The notes under the pieces were generated by a model that was given only the letters and a program-made list of their open reading frames with translations, made no database searches and was not told the DNA's origin. From NCBI GenBank assembly GCA_016186795.1, contig JACPKY010000002.1:90593-154592 (forward strand): 64,000 nt of DNA, read 5' to 3'. A program made the position numbers and the translations under genes. Position 1 is the stretch's first letter, and each line of letters begins with the position of its first letter. The DNA comes from Candidatus Gottesmanbacteria bacterium. Lineage in GTDB: Bacteria; Patescibacteriota; Microgenomatia; 2-02-FULL-39-11. Of the stretch, positions 52,601 through 62,174 are shown piece after piece.

Positions 52601-53748
52601 GTTATTGTTACCCTTTTTATCTTCTTTGTAGAAATGTAAGCTGTCCAGAAAATGCTTCGTGCGACTGTTCACAACTTCAGCCAAGTGCAACTCCGACGCC
52701 AACCATTACACCTTCCGTTACACCAGGCGGGCCAACATTAACGCCAACTCCCCCCTTAACGCCAACACCAACGATTCAGGCCGGAATGTGTAACGCAACG
52801 TGTTCATCAGATTTAGAATGTGCTCCTTCAACAAACTATTGTGATCCTTACATTCTTCAGTGCAGAAATGCGTTATGTAGTGCCGATATTGACTGTGACT
52901 GTGCAACAGCAAACCCAACGATTACTCCAACATCTCCTCCTGGTGCAACGGCGACGCCATCTCCTACTCGTACACCGACTCCAACAGCATCGACTACTCC
53001 TGCGCCTGATGCATGGACGCAAGTTCTCGGAGGAGATGTAAGTTTTTCCTCCCTTACAGAAACAATTCCTCATAACGAGTACTTTCTTGATGAGATTCCT
53101 AATGCACCGAACAGCTCTGGAATTATTTTTGGAAACGATGTGACATTTACGTATGATTCCCAAACGGAAAATACGGCTTCTCCAGATCGCTGGATCGTAA
53201 AGACAAGTACAACTTTGACGAATTCGTATTCATATGACTATTATTACGAACTTTTAAAAGGACAAGCGGTAAATAGTTCAGGAACCGTTGTCGGGAGTGG
53301 GTTGGCATTTGATAAAAACATCTATTATTATTCTGATGCTTCTGGAGCGTTTACCCTTGATTCGAATTTGGAAAATGGAATTCTGGGAGGATCAGTCCAA
53401 GCTGTCGTTTTTCTCATTGACGGTTCTCTTACCATAGACCAATCGTTTGCTCCAAATCCTTCAAGCAAAACTCCAGTATTTATTGTTCGGGATACTATTA
53501 CAGTCAGTGGCAACATTGGTACTCTCTCAGGTATCTATATTTCGGGTGGAGCATTTACCGTTGCGGATGGGTCGGCGACACGTTTTATTCTCAATGGTAT
53601 GGTATATGCGAACGATCTTATTCTGCAAAAGACCTATCAGAGTTTGACTCTTCCAGCACACCAGTTTATTTATCAACCGAAATATATTCTTGATCTTCTC
53701 CCCTATCTTGGGCGAGCACAAGTGAACTGGCAGGAGGTAACACCATGA
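49621..53748 (+). CDS. giant secreted Cys-rich tandem-module surface protein
   Basis: An N-terminal signal peptide is present. A TSP1-like motif reads [19 protein letters not shown]. Two roughly 230-aa paralogous domains (..SPPNSPY.CDSG..) are followed by six 6-Cys modules ([23 protein letters not shown]..CP) separated by (PT)n/TPTPTRTP linkers. The C-terminal domain is about 250 aa. Confidence 0.8.
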   Translation: MSLAKIFAALIFVWIAFSTLDIFTPDKNWFSQSASAQYCTSTSLQSPPDIGYSTSYAQQTILNGMNTGDDAASIGSKNMNGYYPTAWQVPRDIQVIMVRANITPDIDGLDIYDGIPTTFYIKANNALDARAYAYRINSIPLGVQHAIRTHWDGNASYCASTSTQWSYFTRFNPGYHQSCTAWSACSNSCGTGTQTRTCSCYRDTDNGQVDNSWCGDPSESQSCTDYSGCGPCTVSNQSPTSGCFDYDPTYSLSMGGVGASRAQFHIDTSSPPNSPYTCDSGITTSSTYNCSLATGSYRWNAEVSSIQGCTDSGFLPSAGYAYSIDKTAPPVPSGLNIVCNPNGTVTASWNAVSDTGCGGMSTTPYWSQISTSATFSSVPDWYNSWINETSRTSSTTFAPGTTVYAHVRSRDSLDNQSSWSANDSCTFPLPTNTPTPTRTPTPTPTRTPTPTLPPCSLSNQLPLSGCYGTDPTYSATLGGGANRIQFHVDTSSPPNSPYICDSGVTASTSYSCTLGTGTYYWNAQASSSTGSCTTSAYVPVNGYSVSVDKIAPIIPLPNIVCNTNGTVSVSWGAVSDAGCGGMSSTPYWSQISTDPAFGTVPDWYNSWINETSRTSTTTFAAGTIVYAHVRSRDIFDNQSPWSPNDNCTFPTPTPTRTPTPTPTRTPTPTATRTPTPTPLVGCWGACTGDAQCASGNCDPFLLQCTGGSCPTATPTITPTRTPTPTPTRTPTPTATRTPTPTPTRTPTPTPLIQCLGSCTADEECASGNCDPFYLQCTSGPGGPCPTFTPSPTNTPTPTPTRTPTPTPTRTPTPTPTATRTPTPTPTITPTPTPTSVACWGACTGDAQCASGNCDPFLLQCTGGSCPTATPTITPTRTPTPTATRTPTPTATRTPTPTNTPTPTNTPTPTPAACNDSCTGNEQCLSEYCYPFTLSCRNISCPDNTNCICGPTPTATPTNTPIPTNTPTPTVTPTPGFGQCSGACTSDVDCSGSTGYCYPFYLLCRNVSCPENASCDCSQLQPSATPTPTITPSVTPGGPTLTPTPPLTPTPTIQAGMCNATCSSDLECAPSTNYCDPYILQCRNALCSADIDCDCATANPTITPTSPPGATATPSPTRTPTPTASTTPAPDAWTQVLGGDVSFSSLTETIPHNEYFLDEIPNAPNSSGIIFGNDVTFTYDSQTENTASPDRWIVKTSTTLTNSYSYDYYYELLKGQAVNSSGTVVGSGLAFDKNIYYYSDASGAFTLDSNLENGILGGSVQAVVFLIDGSLTIDQSFAPNPSSKTPVFIVRDTITVSGNIGTLSGIYISGGAFTVADGSATRFILNGMVYANDLILQKTYQSLTLPAHQFIYQPKYILDLLPYLGRAQVNWQEVTP
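50905..52990 (+). repeat. intragenic low-complexity Pro/Thr-linker repeats (ACN-CCN) interleaved with repeated Cys-module coding units
   Basis: ccaac(N)ccgac(N)cc runs recur directly at least 8 times. These repeats create the many spurious overlapping ORFs seen in other frames. Confidence 0.85.
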
Positions 53749-54608
53749 AAAAAATTCAATCCGCCAGCTGGCGGACAAAATTCAGAATTCAAAAAGGACA
53801 GGTAGTACTTCTCCTTGTCCTTATAACTGTTATTGGACTCACTATTGGATTATCTCTTATTTCTCGAACTGTAACAGACGTTCGAATTTCTTCACAAATT
53901 GAGCAATCAGGACGGGCTTTTTCCGCAGCGGAAGCGGGTATTGAGAGCGCTCTTCGGTCTGGAACATCCAACGTGACCAGCGGTAATGTATCACTTCCAG
54001 GCGCATCGGCATCGTATAGTGTTTCCCCTGTGAGTGTTTCGGCAGCAACTTCTTACCACCTTCCTTTGACAGCTACTGGAAAATCGCAGACGTTATGGTT
54101 GATGGCACACGATGACGCAACAGGAGCGCTTGATGAATCGAATTATTACGATTTTACAAATGGTATTGACGTTTGTTGGGGCAGCGATTCTTCAACCGTT
54201 CCTGCCCTTCTTGTAACACTTTTTTATAAAGATAGCACAGGAGACTATTCAATCGCAAAAGCGGCATTTGATGCAAATGCATCAACGCGAGGTAATGGAT
54301 TTTCTCCATTGAGTCTTAACGAAATCCCTCCAGGTACTTACTGCCAAGGGGGCTATTCATACCGTAAATCATTGACATATTCGGCGTTTGGTTTATCAGG
54401 GAGTCTCAAAGCAATTGCTCTTCGGATGAAACCATGGTACGCCGATACGAAGATAGGAGTTTTACCGGGAGCATCCCTTCCCACTCAAGGGAATGTGATA
54501 ACATCATTAGGACAATCAGAAACAGGTGTAGTGAGAAAGATTCAAGTTATCCAGGGATACTCAGCGTTACCGGAAGTGTTTGATTTTTCCTATTTTTCGG
54601 AAAACTAG
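53745..54608 (+). CDS. PilX_N-like type IV pilus assembly protein
   Basis: [29 protein letters not shown]...[22 protein letters not shown] matches the PilX N-terminal pattern (basic residues, TM, then ..A..AAEAG). Its start overlaps the stop of the giant gene (ATGA). Confidence 0.5.
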   Translation: MKKIQSASWRTKFRIQKGQVVLLLVLITVIGLTIGLSLISRTVTDVRISSQIEQSGRAFSAAEAGIESALRSGTSNVTSGNVSLPGASASYSVSPVSVSAATSYHLPLTATGKSQTLWLMAHDDATGALDESNYYDFTNGIDVCWGSDSSTVPALLVTLFYKDSTGDYSIAKAAFDANASTRGNGFSPLSLNEIPPGTYCQGGYSYRKSLTYSAFGLSGSLKAIALRMKPWYADTKIGVLPGASLPTQGNVITSLGQSETGVVRKIQVIQGYSALPEVFDFSYFSEN

Positions 54609-54624
54609 AGAGAAATTATGCTTA

Positions 54625-54654
54625 TTGACAAAAAAGTTTCCTTTGTTTCATAAT
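54625..54654 (+). promoter_or_regulatory. candidate sigma70-type promoter
   Basis: TTGACA, a 17-nt spacer, then (T)CATAAT. It lies 18 nt upstream of the ORF at 54672. Confidence 0.3.
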
Positions 54655-54671
54655 GGAGAAAGTAGATAGGT

Positions 54672-55079
54672 ATGAATAACAAAGTTCTTCTGGCAGCCGT
54701 TGTTATTTTAAGTATTCTTGGTATCGGGGGAGGATTGGTCTTAAACGCACGGAATAATTCGGTTTCATTGGAAACCTCAGGATCCAACGAGGGAAGAGAT
54801 ATTGACGCAAACCAAGTTATCAGTTCACCGACTATTAAACCCTCACCAACCATTCCAGTATTATCAAAATCTGTCAAAAGTATCGATAGCACAACTATTG
54901 TTATAACCGGAGCGTCAGGCGATTTAAAGTTACCAAGAACTTCCCCAATTCTTAAATACTTTAAGAGGGTCGGTGGTAATCTTGTTGCAACAACTAGTGA
55001 TGAAGTAAAAGTAGGTCAAAACGTGACATATACGCTTGTTGTACCTGGCAAAGAAGCCCATCTGATTATTGAACAGTAA
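54672..55079 (+). CDS. hypothetical small secreted protein
   Basis: It has an N-terminal signal/TM (VLLAAVVILSILGIGGGLVL) and is 135 aa. Confidence 0.4.
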   Translation: MNNKVLLAAVVILSILGIGGGLVLNARNNSVSLETSGSNEGRDIDANQVISSPTIKPSPTIPVLSKSVKSIDSTTIVITGASGDLKLPRTSPILKYFKRVGGNLVATTSDEVKVGQNVTYTLVVPGKEAHLIIEQ

Positions 55080-55255
55080 CTCTCCTCCGAATCTTCCACA
55101 CTCAATTTTATACATCATTGATCTTTCGTCATTTCGTGAAGTGTGGTAATTACCGTATTAAATCGGGATCAGTAAGAAGGGTGTACGCACCGAAAACGAT
55201 TTACTGATATTGACTTTGTTACAGTTTAAATTCATACTAAAAGAAGTGTACATTT

Positions 55256-56296
55256 GTGCAAGTTCTGCCCATGCATAAAGTTCTTCTTGGACTTGATATT
55301 GGAACAAATTCAATTAAAGCAGTTCAGATTGCTAGAGAAAAAAGCGGGAAACACCTTCTTGCAGCTGGATATATAGCCACCTCTGCCAAAGCTCTCGCAT
55401 CTCTCACAACCGGCGATGAGCAGGAATTGGCAAGTACGATTAATCGCCTCGTTCATGACATGAAAATTTCAACGGAGGATGTTTCCGCCTCTCTCCCCTC
55501 TTCAAAAGTCATAACCCGGGTGATTGAAGTGCCCATGATGAAAGACGAAGAACTTACCTCGAGTATTCAATGGGAAGCAGAGCAGTATATTCCCTTGCCA
55601 CTTTCAAGCGTAAAACTTGATTATGCTGTTATCGGTAATAATACAGAAAATACCAAGATGAAAATCCTGCTTGTCGCAGCTCCTATTACCATCATTGAAA
55701 AATACATGCGGGTTATTACACTTGCAGGACTCAATCCGGTTGCGCTTGAAACAGAAATTCTTGCCTCATCAAGATGTATTGTCGAAAGCTATCAAACGCT
55801 TGAAAACGTTTTAATTCTTTCATTCGGTGCGACATCCTCCGAAATTGCTTTGACGTATAATAGAACACTTATTTACGCACGGTCACTCCCTATTGGCGGA
55901 AATACTTTGACGAAAGCCATAACAGAAGAGTTGGGATTTGAAATAGCTCAAGCTGAAGAATATAAAAAAACGTATGGGTTAGAAGAGGATAAGCTGGAAG
56001 GGAAAGTATACAAGACGCTTGAACCATTTTTTAAATCGGTGTTAACTGAGATTGAGAAGACTCTTGCATATTTTAAAGAGCAGTACCCGAAAGACGAGAT
56101 TAAATCAGTTATTGCGTGCGGGGGAGGGGCAAAGCTTCCTGGTCTTGTTCTTGCAATAACGAAAAATTTCGGTATTGATTCGCAATTGTGCAATCCTTTT
56201 TTAAATCTTTCCGTTGATCCGAATATTTTACCAATTCTAACTCCGGATATGTCCATGTACACCGTTGCTGTTGGGTTGGGTTTGAAAGAGGATTGA
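55256..56296 (+). CDS. pilM: type IV pilus assembly protein PilM (actin-like ATPase fold)
   Basis: LLGLDIGTNSIKAVQIA is phosphate-1 of the ASKHA fold. The protein is 346 aa and is followed by PilN/PilO-like genes with 4-nt overlaps. Confidence 0.8.
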   Translation: MQVLPMHKVLLGLDIGTNSIKAVQIAREKSGKHLLAAGYIATSAKALASLTTGDEQELASTINRLVHDMKISTEDVSASLPSSKVITRVIEVPMMKDEELTSSIQWEAEQYIPLPLSSVKLDYAVIGNNTENTKMKILLVAAPITIIEKYMRVITLAGLNPVALETEILASSRCIVESYQTLENVLILSFGATSSEIALTYNRTLIYARSLPIGGNTLTKAITEELGFEIAQAEEYKKTYGLEEDKLEGKVYKTLEPFFKSVLTEIEKTLAYFKEQYPKDEIKSVIACGGGAKLPGLVLAITKNFGIDSQLCNPFLNLSVDPNILPILTPDMSMYTVAVGLGLKED

Positions 56297-56859
56297 TCTT
56301 TATGGCAAAGCGATCTGTCAACCTTATAATCTCGAAAAGGGATTTTTCCGAAACAGCAGAAAAATTGAAGCGAATTACGACAATTACCGCAGGCATAAGT
56401 ATTGTCCTTTTTCTACTTCTTTTTGCTCTCTCAGTATGGTATGTCCGAACAAATACCGATAAATTTACCCAAATGAAACAAGAGTTAGACCAGGTTGAGA
56501 AAAAAGTCGCAGCCAAGAAACAAGCTGAAGGACTGTATGTTTTGACATCGCAACGACTTTCTGTATTGGAGAAATTACTTGCACAAACGAGTCCGTACGA
56601 CGGGCTTATCGGCAATATTGCCGGACTTTCGACAGAAGGAATATCGATAACTTCCGTCACTGCCGATAGTCGAGGGAACTTGTCAATTTCAATTCTCGCA
56701 TCCTCCTCTGCCTCTCTTGATGCTTTTATTACGTCTTTACTATACGCTGAGCAAGAAAAAAGGCTATCAAAGATTTTTGCCCAAGGGATTCTTCGACACG
56801 AAGAAGGTGATTATTCCCTAACACTTTTGTTTCATGGTGAGAAAAATTTATACCAATGA
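56293..56859 (+). CDS. pilN: PilN-like pilus assembly protein
   Basis: It has one TM after a basic N-terminus, then a coiled coil. The call rests on position after pilM and on bitopic topology. Confidence 0.5.
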   Translation: MIFMAKRSVNLIISKRDFSETAEKLKRITTITAGISIVLFLLLFALSVWYVRTNTDKFTQMKQELDQVEKKVAAKKQAEGLYVLTSQRLSVLEKLLAQTSPYDGLIGNIAGLSTEGISITSVTADSRGNLSISILASSSASLDAFITSLLYAEQEKRLSKIFAQGILRHEEGDYSLTLLFHGEKNLYQ

Positions 56860-57590
56860 GTAAACGGAATCAGATTACAAAATACATCAAATTTTACGAA
56901 GTGACGATCGCTTCCACTATTGTCATTCTGATGGTTATACTCTCAGCATATTTTTTCCTTCTTCCCAATCTGTGGCATGCTACGTTTATTTATGATCAGC
57001 AAAAACATGTCACCGAAAAACTTACAGTTGTCCGGCAGAAAGACTCGCAACTTTCAAATCTGGATGTCGACGTATACAAGAATGCTCTGTTACAGTTAGG
57101 AAAGGTACTGCCAGAATCGCGAGATTACGTCTCGTTTTTTACGACATTTGATTCGCTTGAAAAGTCAACCGGTGTACAGATTACAAAAACCGATTTCCAG
57201 TTAGGACTTTTGTCTACTCAATCTGGGAGGCTTTCCAAGCCCCTTAACGCCCCTGCGTATATCATTCCTATCACAATGGAAGTCGCAGGTACCCAACAGT
57301 CACTTCCCCTCTTTTTTTCCCAATTGCAAGGGTTAACTGGGCGACTCATAAATATTTTGGGGGTACGATGGAATATCAAACAAGATGAGGAAGAGATGCA
57401 CGTCGTCATAAACGGAGAAGCATATTTCTATCCGCTTCCAAGCCAACTCGGAGGAGTCGATGTTCCTTTGCCGAAGCTAACAAAGCAGCAGGAAGAGTTT
57501 TTGATTACTGCTTCGGAGTTACGAAGTGAGGATAGGACCCAAGACGACGATTTTTCTACAATAGAGGTTGGAATTAAGAGTCTTTTCTAG
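56856..57590 (+). CDS. pilO: PilO-like pilus assembly protein
   Basis: It has one N-terminal TM followed by a soluble domain. The call rests on position after pilN. Confidence 0.4.
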   Translation: MSKRNQITKYIKFYEVTIASTIVILMVILSAYFFLLPNLWHATFIYDQQKHVTEKLTVVRQKDSQLSNLDVDVYKNALLQLGKVLPESRDYVSFFTTFDSLEKSTGVQITKTDFQLGLLSTQSGRLSKPLNAPAYIIPITMEVAGTQQSLPLFFSQLQGLTGRLINILGVRWNIKQDEEEMHVVINGEAYFYPLPSQLGGVDVPLPKLTKQQEEFLITASELRSEDRTQDDDFSTIEVGIKSLF

Positions 57591-58243
57591 GATGATTTCT
57601 CTCCCCGAAATCCTGCTTTCCATGCAGCGATTTTTTTCGGGTCTCCACTCAAAAGCACACGTGGAACCCTCATCTTTTTATACACCTTTGGTCGAGTATA
57701 CTGGGGAGGTTCGTAAAGATAGTGCCCGCTAAATGATTCATAGACTGTTGCATCTGGTTTTGACAAAACGTTTGGAAGTAAGCGAACGATACAGTCTGTG
57801 ACAACCAACGCAGGTATTTCTCCCCCCGTCAGGATATATCTTCCGATTGAGATCGATTCATCAACAAGAGTGGTAACTCGCCAGTCAACGCCCTCATAAT
57901 GTCCGCATATAAGAATAATATGGTCAAATCGAAGGGTGGAGTATGCTTTCTTTTGCGTAAATATACCTGCCCTCGGATCTAGAAGAATTACCCGTGTCTT
58001 TTGCTTTTTAAAAACGCGTCTTATGCTTTGCAATGCACGGTCTACAATATCTACCCGAATTACCATCCCCGTACCTCCGCCGTACGGCCGATCATCCACC
58101 GATCTATGTTTATCAGTGGCAAAATCTCTCATGTCAACGATATCGATGGAAACATATTTTTCCTTTAAGGCTCTTCCAAGAATTGAGGAGTGGAGAAATG
58201 GGGTGAATACATCGGGGAAAAGTGTCAGTATGGTAATCTTCAC
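57587..58243 (-). CDS. trmD: tRNA (guanine37-N1)-methyltransferase
   Basis: MKITILTLFPD.F...S..GRA........DIVDMRDF......HRSVDDRPYGGGTGMV is the canonical TrmD SPOUT N-terminus. Confidence 0.9.
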   Translation of the reverse strand: MKITILTLFPDVFTPFLHSSILGRALKEKYVSIDIVDMRDFATDKHRSVDDRPYGGGTGMVIRVDIVDRALQSIRRVFKKQKTRVILLDPRAGIFTQKKAYSTLRFDHIILICGHYEGVDWRVTTLVDESISIGRYILTGGEIPALVVTDCIVRLLPNVLSKPDATVYESFSGHYLYEPPQYTRPKVYKKMRVPRVLLSGDPKKIAAWKAGFRGEKSS

Positions 58244-58482
58244 AGGGGATTTTGAGATAGTTCAACTCGGACTTGATGTCCATGTTTTATCGCTAAAATC
58301 TTTGCTAAATTTCTTATCGCCTGGATTATTTTTCCTTCCTTGCCGATAACTTTTCCCATATCTTCCGGATTTGTTGTAATGGTGTAGTTATACATATTTT
58401 CGCTTACCATCCGTTCTTCAACATGAATGTCATCCGGATGATCGACGATAGCTTTTATGACAAATTTGAGAAGTTCATTCAT
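58240..58482 (-). CDS. KH-domain RNA-binding protein (UPF0109/YlqC-like)
   Basis: MNELLKFVIKAIVDHPDDIHV...GKVIGKEGKIIQAIR has a GxxG KH motif. I trimmed the start to an internal Met so the gene follows the rpsP stop. It occupies the conserved position between rpsP and trmD. Confidence 0.7.
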   Translation of the reverse strand: MNELLKFVIKAIVDHPDDIHVEERMVSENMYNYTITTNPEDMGKVIGKEGKIIQAIRNLAKILAIKHGHQVRVELSQNPL

Positions 58483-58484
58483 TT

Positions 58485-58715
58485 TTACCAATTGAGTAAT
58501 TTTCGAATTGAATCGGTTGGAGTTGCACCCTTTTTCTTCCATGAATCTATTTTTTCCTTCATAACTATAAGTTTTGGGGGCTGTACTTGCGGATCATAGG
58601 TTCCAAGTATTTCGAGCGCCTTTCCGTTTCTTCGTACCGATTCATCCGCTGCTACAATTCGGTAAAACGGTCGATTTTTTCTCCCCAATCGTTGAAGTCG
58701 AATCTTTACTGCCAT
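58485..58715 (-). CDS. rpsP: 30S ribosomal protein S16
   Basis: MAVKIRLQRLGRKNRPFYRIVAADESVRRNGKALEILGTYDP matches bS16. Confidence 0.9.
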   Translation of the reverse strand: MAVKIRLQRLGRKNRPFYRIVAADESVRRNGKALEILGTYDPQVQPPKLIVMKEKIDSWKKKGATPTDSIRKLLNW

Positions 58716-58729
58716 AGACTGGTATTATA

Positions 58730-59431
58730 TTATTTTTTCGTCCACTTCTCAAGCGCCGAATGTGCTGCAGACATTTCAGCTTCTTGTTTACTTTTCCCCT
58801 TTCCTTTTCCCCATAGTGTTGTTTCGACATACACGCCGACAGTAAATTCTTTTGCATGATCAGGTCCTTCTTCTTTCACTACCTTATAATTCGGGGAAAC
58901 TCGTGTTTCTTCTTGGACAAGTTCTTGAAACTCACTTTTCGCATCTTTGTAGGTTCGCTCTTCTATGATTTTTGGAAGAAGCCGGAAAAGATGAGTTTCT
59001 AGAATTTTCTTGACTGGCGAAATTCCTTGATCTAAAAAGATAGTCCCTAAGAGTGCTTCGAATGTATCTGCAAGAAGGGATGGATTATTTCTTCCTCCGC
59101 CTTCCTCTTCACCGCGAGAGAGATACAGTAATGTACCCAGATCGAGGTTTTTTGCAAGATCGGCTAAAGTTTTTGTTTTTACAACTGATGATCTGAGGTT
59201 TGTCAATTCTCCCTCGGAAAGATCGGGATATTTCTCATACAAATATGAGGATACGAGAAACGATAGGATACTATCTCCCAAAAACTCAAGTCGCTCATTT
59301 GACTGTTGGGATTTTTTCGATTCGTTAAGAGATGACCTATGGATAAATGCCTGATCGATAAGGTTGATGTTTTTGAACTCGATATCAATTTTTTGAGATA
59401 ACGCTTCATATTTTTTGGTAAGGGTATTCAT
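58730..59431 (-). CDS. rnc: ribonuclease III
   Basis: ERLEFLGDSILSFLVSSYLY is the RNase III signature. A C-terminal dsRBD is present. Confidence 0.9.
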   Translation of the reverse strand: MNTLTKKYEALSQKIDIEFKNINLIDQAFIHRSSLNESKKSQQSNERLEFLGDSILSFLVSSYLYEKYPDLSEGELTNLRSSVVKTKTLADLAKNLDLGTLLYLSRGEEEGGGRNNPSLLADTFEALLGTIFLDQGISPVKKILETHLFRLLPKIIEERTYKDAKSEFQELVQEETRVSPNYKVVKEEGPDHAKEFTVGVYVETTLWGKGKGKSKQEAEMSAAHSALEKWTKK

Positions 59432-59436
59432 ACAGA

Positions 59437-59808
59437 CTAATCCTTCTCCTTTTCACGCCTTTTTAAAAGGGTTCCTAACACTCCATTGATAAATGATGGG
59501 CTTCCATCTCCTCCAAACTCTTTCCCGAGTTCAACTGCCTCGTCAATAATTACTTTTTCTGGCTCTTTTTTCTCAAACAGCAACTCGTAGATTGCTAGCC
59601 GAAGAATGGCAACATCGATTTTTGCGATTTTTTCAAGGGGAAATTGTGGGGCGGATGATTCGATAAGAGTATCAATATTCGGTTGAACGCTGTAAATGGG
59701 TAAAAGAAGTGGATCAGTATGGGTATTTTTTGATTGGAAACTTTCTGCAAACAGTGCTTGAACAATTTGAACTCGTTTAAGATGTCTTGGGTCATTCACC
59801 TTTTTCAT
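59437..59808 (-). CDS. nusB: transcription antitermination factor NusB-like
   Basis: RHLKRVQIVQALFAESF resembles the NusB N-terminus (R..AR..ALQ.LY). The protein is 123 aa and all helical. Confidence 0.7.
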   Translation of the reverse strand: MKKVNDPRHLKRVQIVQALFAESFQSKNTHTDPLLLPIYSVQPNIDTLIESSAPQFPLEKIAKIDVAILRLAIYELLFEKKEPEKVIIDEAVELGKEFGGDGSPSFINGVLGTLLKRREKEKD

Positions 59809-59837
59809 GTTGGATGGAGGAAGAAGAGCAAGTTACA

Positions 59838-59996
59838 TCACTTATAAAATCCGCATTTCGGACAGATACGGTGCGGAAGTTTTTTTGTGCCACACTTTGG
59901 ACATACCTGCAGCTCTCGTAAGGAGCGTTTCAGCGCAACTCTTTCACGCTTTCCTGATCGTCTTGATGAATGTCGTCTCTTTGGGAGTGGTGCCAT
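59838..59996 (-). CDS. rpmF: 50S ribosomal protein L32
   Basis: It is not in the ORF track because it is under 60 aa. The minus-strand translation is MAPLPKRRHSSRRSGKRERVALKRSLRELQVCPKCGTKKLPHRICPKCGFYK, showing the bL32 PKRR..S.R.. start and CxxC...CxxC zinc ribbon. Confidence 0.8.
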   Translation of the reverse strand: MAPLPKRRHSSRRSGKRERVALKRSLRELQVCPKCGTKKLPHRICPKCGFYK

Positions 59997-60004
59997 AGTT
60001 TATC

Positions 60005-62047
60005 CTAATCTGGCGCTATTTCTTCTATTGTATCTTCTAGAGTTTTCTTTCGCAAGAGGGGAAAACGAGAAAGGAGAGGGTCGCGCGTTAGAAGTTCCCC
60101 TACAGATTCGCGAGCTTTTTGGAGAAGGTCAACATCTGCAATCGTTGCGATGGTAAGCCCAAGGTGACCGTGTTGTTTCAAACCAAAAATTTCCCCACTT
60201 CCACGAAGTTGCATATCAAGCTCAGCAAGCTTCGGCCCATATGAATACTGGGTAAGATATGTAAGTCGCTTCATTGCAATAATGGATGATCCGTAAGTAA
60301 AAAGAAGACAATATGATTGGGTACTACCTCTTCCGACTCTCCCACGAAGTTGGTGAAGTTGTGAAAGACCAAATCGTTCCGCTCCCTCAATGAGAATGAT
60401 TGTAGCCGTTGGAATATCAATTCCGACCTCAATGATAGGTGTAGAAACCAGTATATTATACTTTCCCTTTCGAAAAGCCGAAAGAACCTCACTTCTCTTT
60501 TTTTCATTCAGGCCACCATGTAAAAGACCAAGAGAAAATTCAGGAAAAACATGAGTGCGTAACCGTTCAAATTCTGCCTTTGCCGCTTTGACTTCAGTCA
60601 TCGTTTGTGATTCCTCAATGAAGGGACAGACAATAAAAACTCGATTCCCCCCCTTGCTTTCGTGGATATGGTTTCTTATCCATGCATATGCGTTCTCACG
60701 CTTATGGGGAGGAACTACCCATGTTTTGACCGGACTTCTTCCGTGCGGCAATTCCTCAAGAAACGAAACGTCAAGGTCGGCAAAAAGGGTAAGGGCAATT
60801 GTTCGAGGTATAGGAGTTGCCGTCATCGAAAGGAGATGAGGGTAAGTCCCCTTTAACCGCAGTATTGCCCGTTGTCGGACACCGAAGCGCTGCTGTTCAT
60901 CGATAACAGCAAGACCCAGATGTTTTAGTTCAAGAGATTGTGATAAGAGGGCATGCGTACCGACGAAAATGGAAGCGGTCCGAGAGACTGATTTTTTTGT
61001 TTCAGCAGTTACCAACTCGATACGTTTTATAAAAGTACCCAGAACCTGTTGAATTGTTTTGTAATGTTGCTTGGCTAGAATTTCCGTCGGTGCTAGAAGT
61101 ATCGATTGGAATCCGGAAAGGAACGCTACATACATTGCAATTGCTGCAACAACTGTTTTTCCGCTCCCAACATCACCAACCAAGAGCCGGTTCATTGGGC
61201 GCGTTTTTGAAAGATCCGCAAATATTTCCCGCAGAACTCGTCTTTGCGAATTTGTAAGTGTAAAGGGAAGATCTCTCTCAACCTGTTTTATTTTAGCAAG
61301 ATGATCATTTACAAAAAGAGGTTGGGAAACTTGTTCCTTTTCCCATAGTTTTCTTCGAACGGCTGCGCGAAGTTGTACAAAGAATAATTCGTCAAAAGCA
61401 AGGCGCCTTCGGCCGATACGGGCTTCCTCTCCGTTTTTAGGAAAATGAATCATCTCAAGGGCTCTTTTTTGTGGTACGAGGGAATATTTTTGAATAATAT
61501 TTTGAGGGAGTGGATCCTCTACCAACAGTGGAAATTTTGAAAGGAGTGAAAATATTCGCGACCTAAGCCATTTTGAACTAACAGATGCTGTTTCAGGATA
61601 AACTGGAACGAATCGTGCCGTATGGAGTGGTTGAATTTTTTCCTTCTGCATCTCGTAGGATGGTGATTCAAAAATCAATTTTGAAGCAAATGATGATACA
61701 ACTCCCGAGAGGATAATGGTCGTTTCGGGCTTAAGAATGTTGGTTAAGAACGGCTGGTTGTACCAGATGACATCAATACTACCTGTTGAATCCGATACAA
61801 TGGCTTTTTGGATTTTTTTCCTCGATTTCGTATAGACATTTTCAATTTTTTTGACAGTTCCAACTACCGAAACGCGTTCTCCTTCTTGCAGTTTCTCAAT
61901 TGTGGAAATAAGTGAAAAGTCATCGTATCGGAATGGGAGGTGGTAGAGAAGGTCTCCGATTGTTGTAATCCCCAACTTTTTCAATCGGTTTTGATACGCA
62001 GGTCCAATCATCACCAGCTTTTCAACAGGGGTTTCGATAGTAAACAT
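60005..62047 (-). CDS. recG: ATP-dependent DNA helicase RecG
   Basis: It has an N-terminal wedge domain and helicase motifs: I is LVGDVGSGKTVVA, II is DEQQRFGV, VI is QLRGRVGRG. The protein is 680 aa. Confidence 0.9.
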   Translation of the reverse strand: MFTIETPVEKLVMIGPAYQNRLKKLGITTIGDLLYHLPFRYDDFSLISTIEKLQEGERVSVVGTVKKIENVYTKSRKKIQKAIVSDSTGSIDVIWYNQPFLTNILKPETTIILSGVVSSFASKLIFESPSYEMQKEKIQPLHTARFVPVYPETASVSSKWLRSRIFSLLSKFPLLVEDPLPQNIIQKYSLVPQKRALEMIHFPKNGEEARIGRRRLAFDELFFVQLRAAVRRKLWEKEQVSQPLFVNDHLAKIKQVERDLPFTLTNSQRRVLREIFADLSKTRPMNRLLVGDVGSGKTVVAAIAMYVAFLSGFQSILLAPTEILAKQHYKTIQQVLGTFIKRIELVTAETKKSVSRTASIFVGTHALLSQSLELKHLGLAVIDEQQRFGVRQRAILRLKGTYPHLLSMTATPIPRTIALTLFADLDVSFLEELPHGRSPVKTWVVPPHKRENAYAWIRNHIHESKGGNRVFIVCPFIEESQTMTEVKAAKAEFERLRTHVFPEFSLGLLHGGLNEKKRSEVLSAFRKGKYNILVSTPIIEVGIDIPTATIILIEGAERFGLSQLHQLRGRVGRGSTQSYCLLFTYGSSIIAMKRLTYLTQYSYGPKLAELDMQLRGSGEIFGLKQHGHLGLTIATIADVDLLQKARESVGELLTRDPLLSRFPLLRKKTLEDTIEEIAPD

Positions 62048-62174
62048 ACCGTTACAACAGAAAAAGTGGTGCTAGAGAGGTTGCAACAAGCGCCAGAGAG
62101 GAAATAATGACAATAATTTTCCAGATGTTTTTGTGACGACGGAAAATATTCATAAAAATTATTAAGAATGAGCT

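Noticed and set aside
50042-53163. A dozen overlapping ORFs in other frames and on the minus strand within the giant repeat gene (for example 51531-51923 on the minus strand, poly-GV, and 51911-52639 on the plus strand)
   Set aside because: They are low-complexity translations of the ACN-CCN Pro/Thr linker repeats. The main frame has a signal peptide and coherent domain structure.
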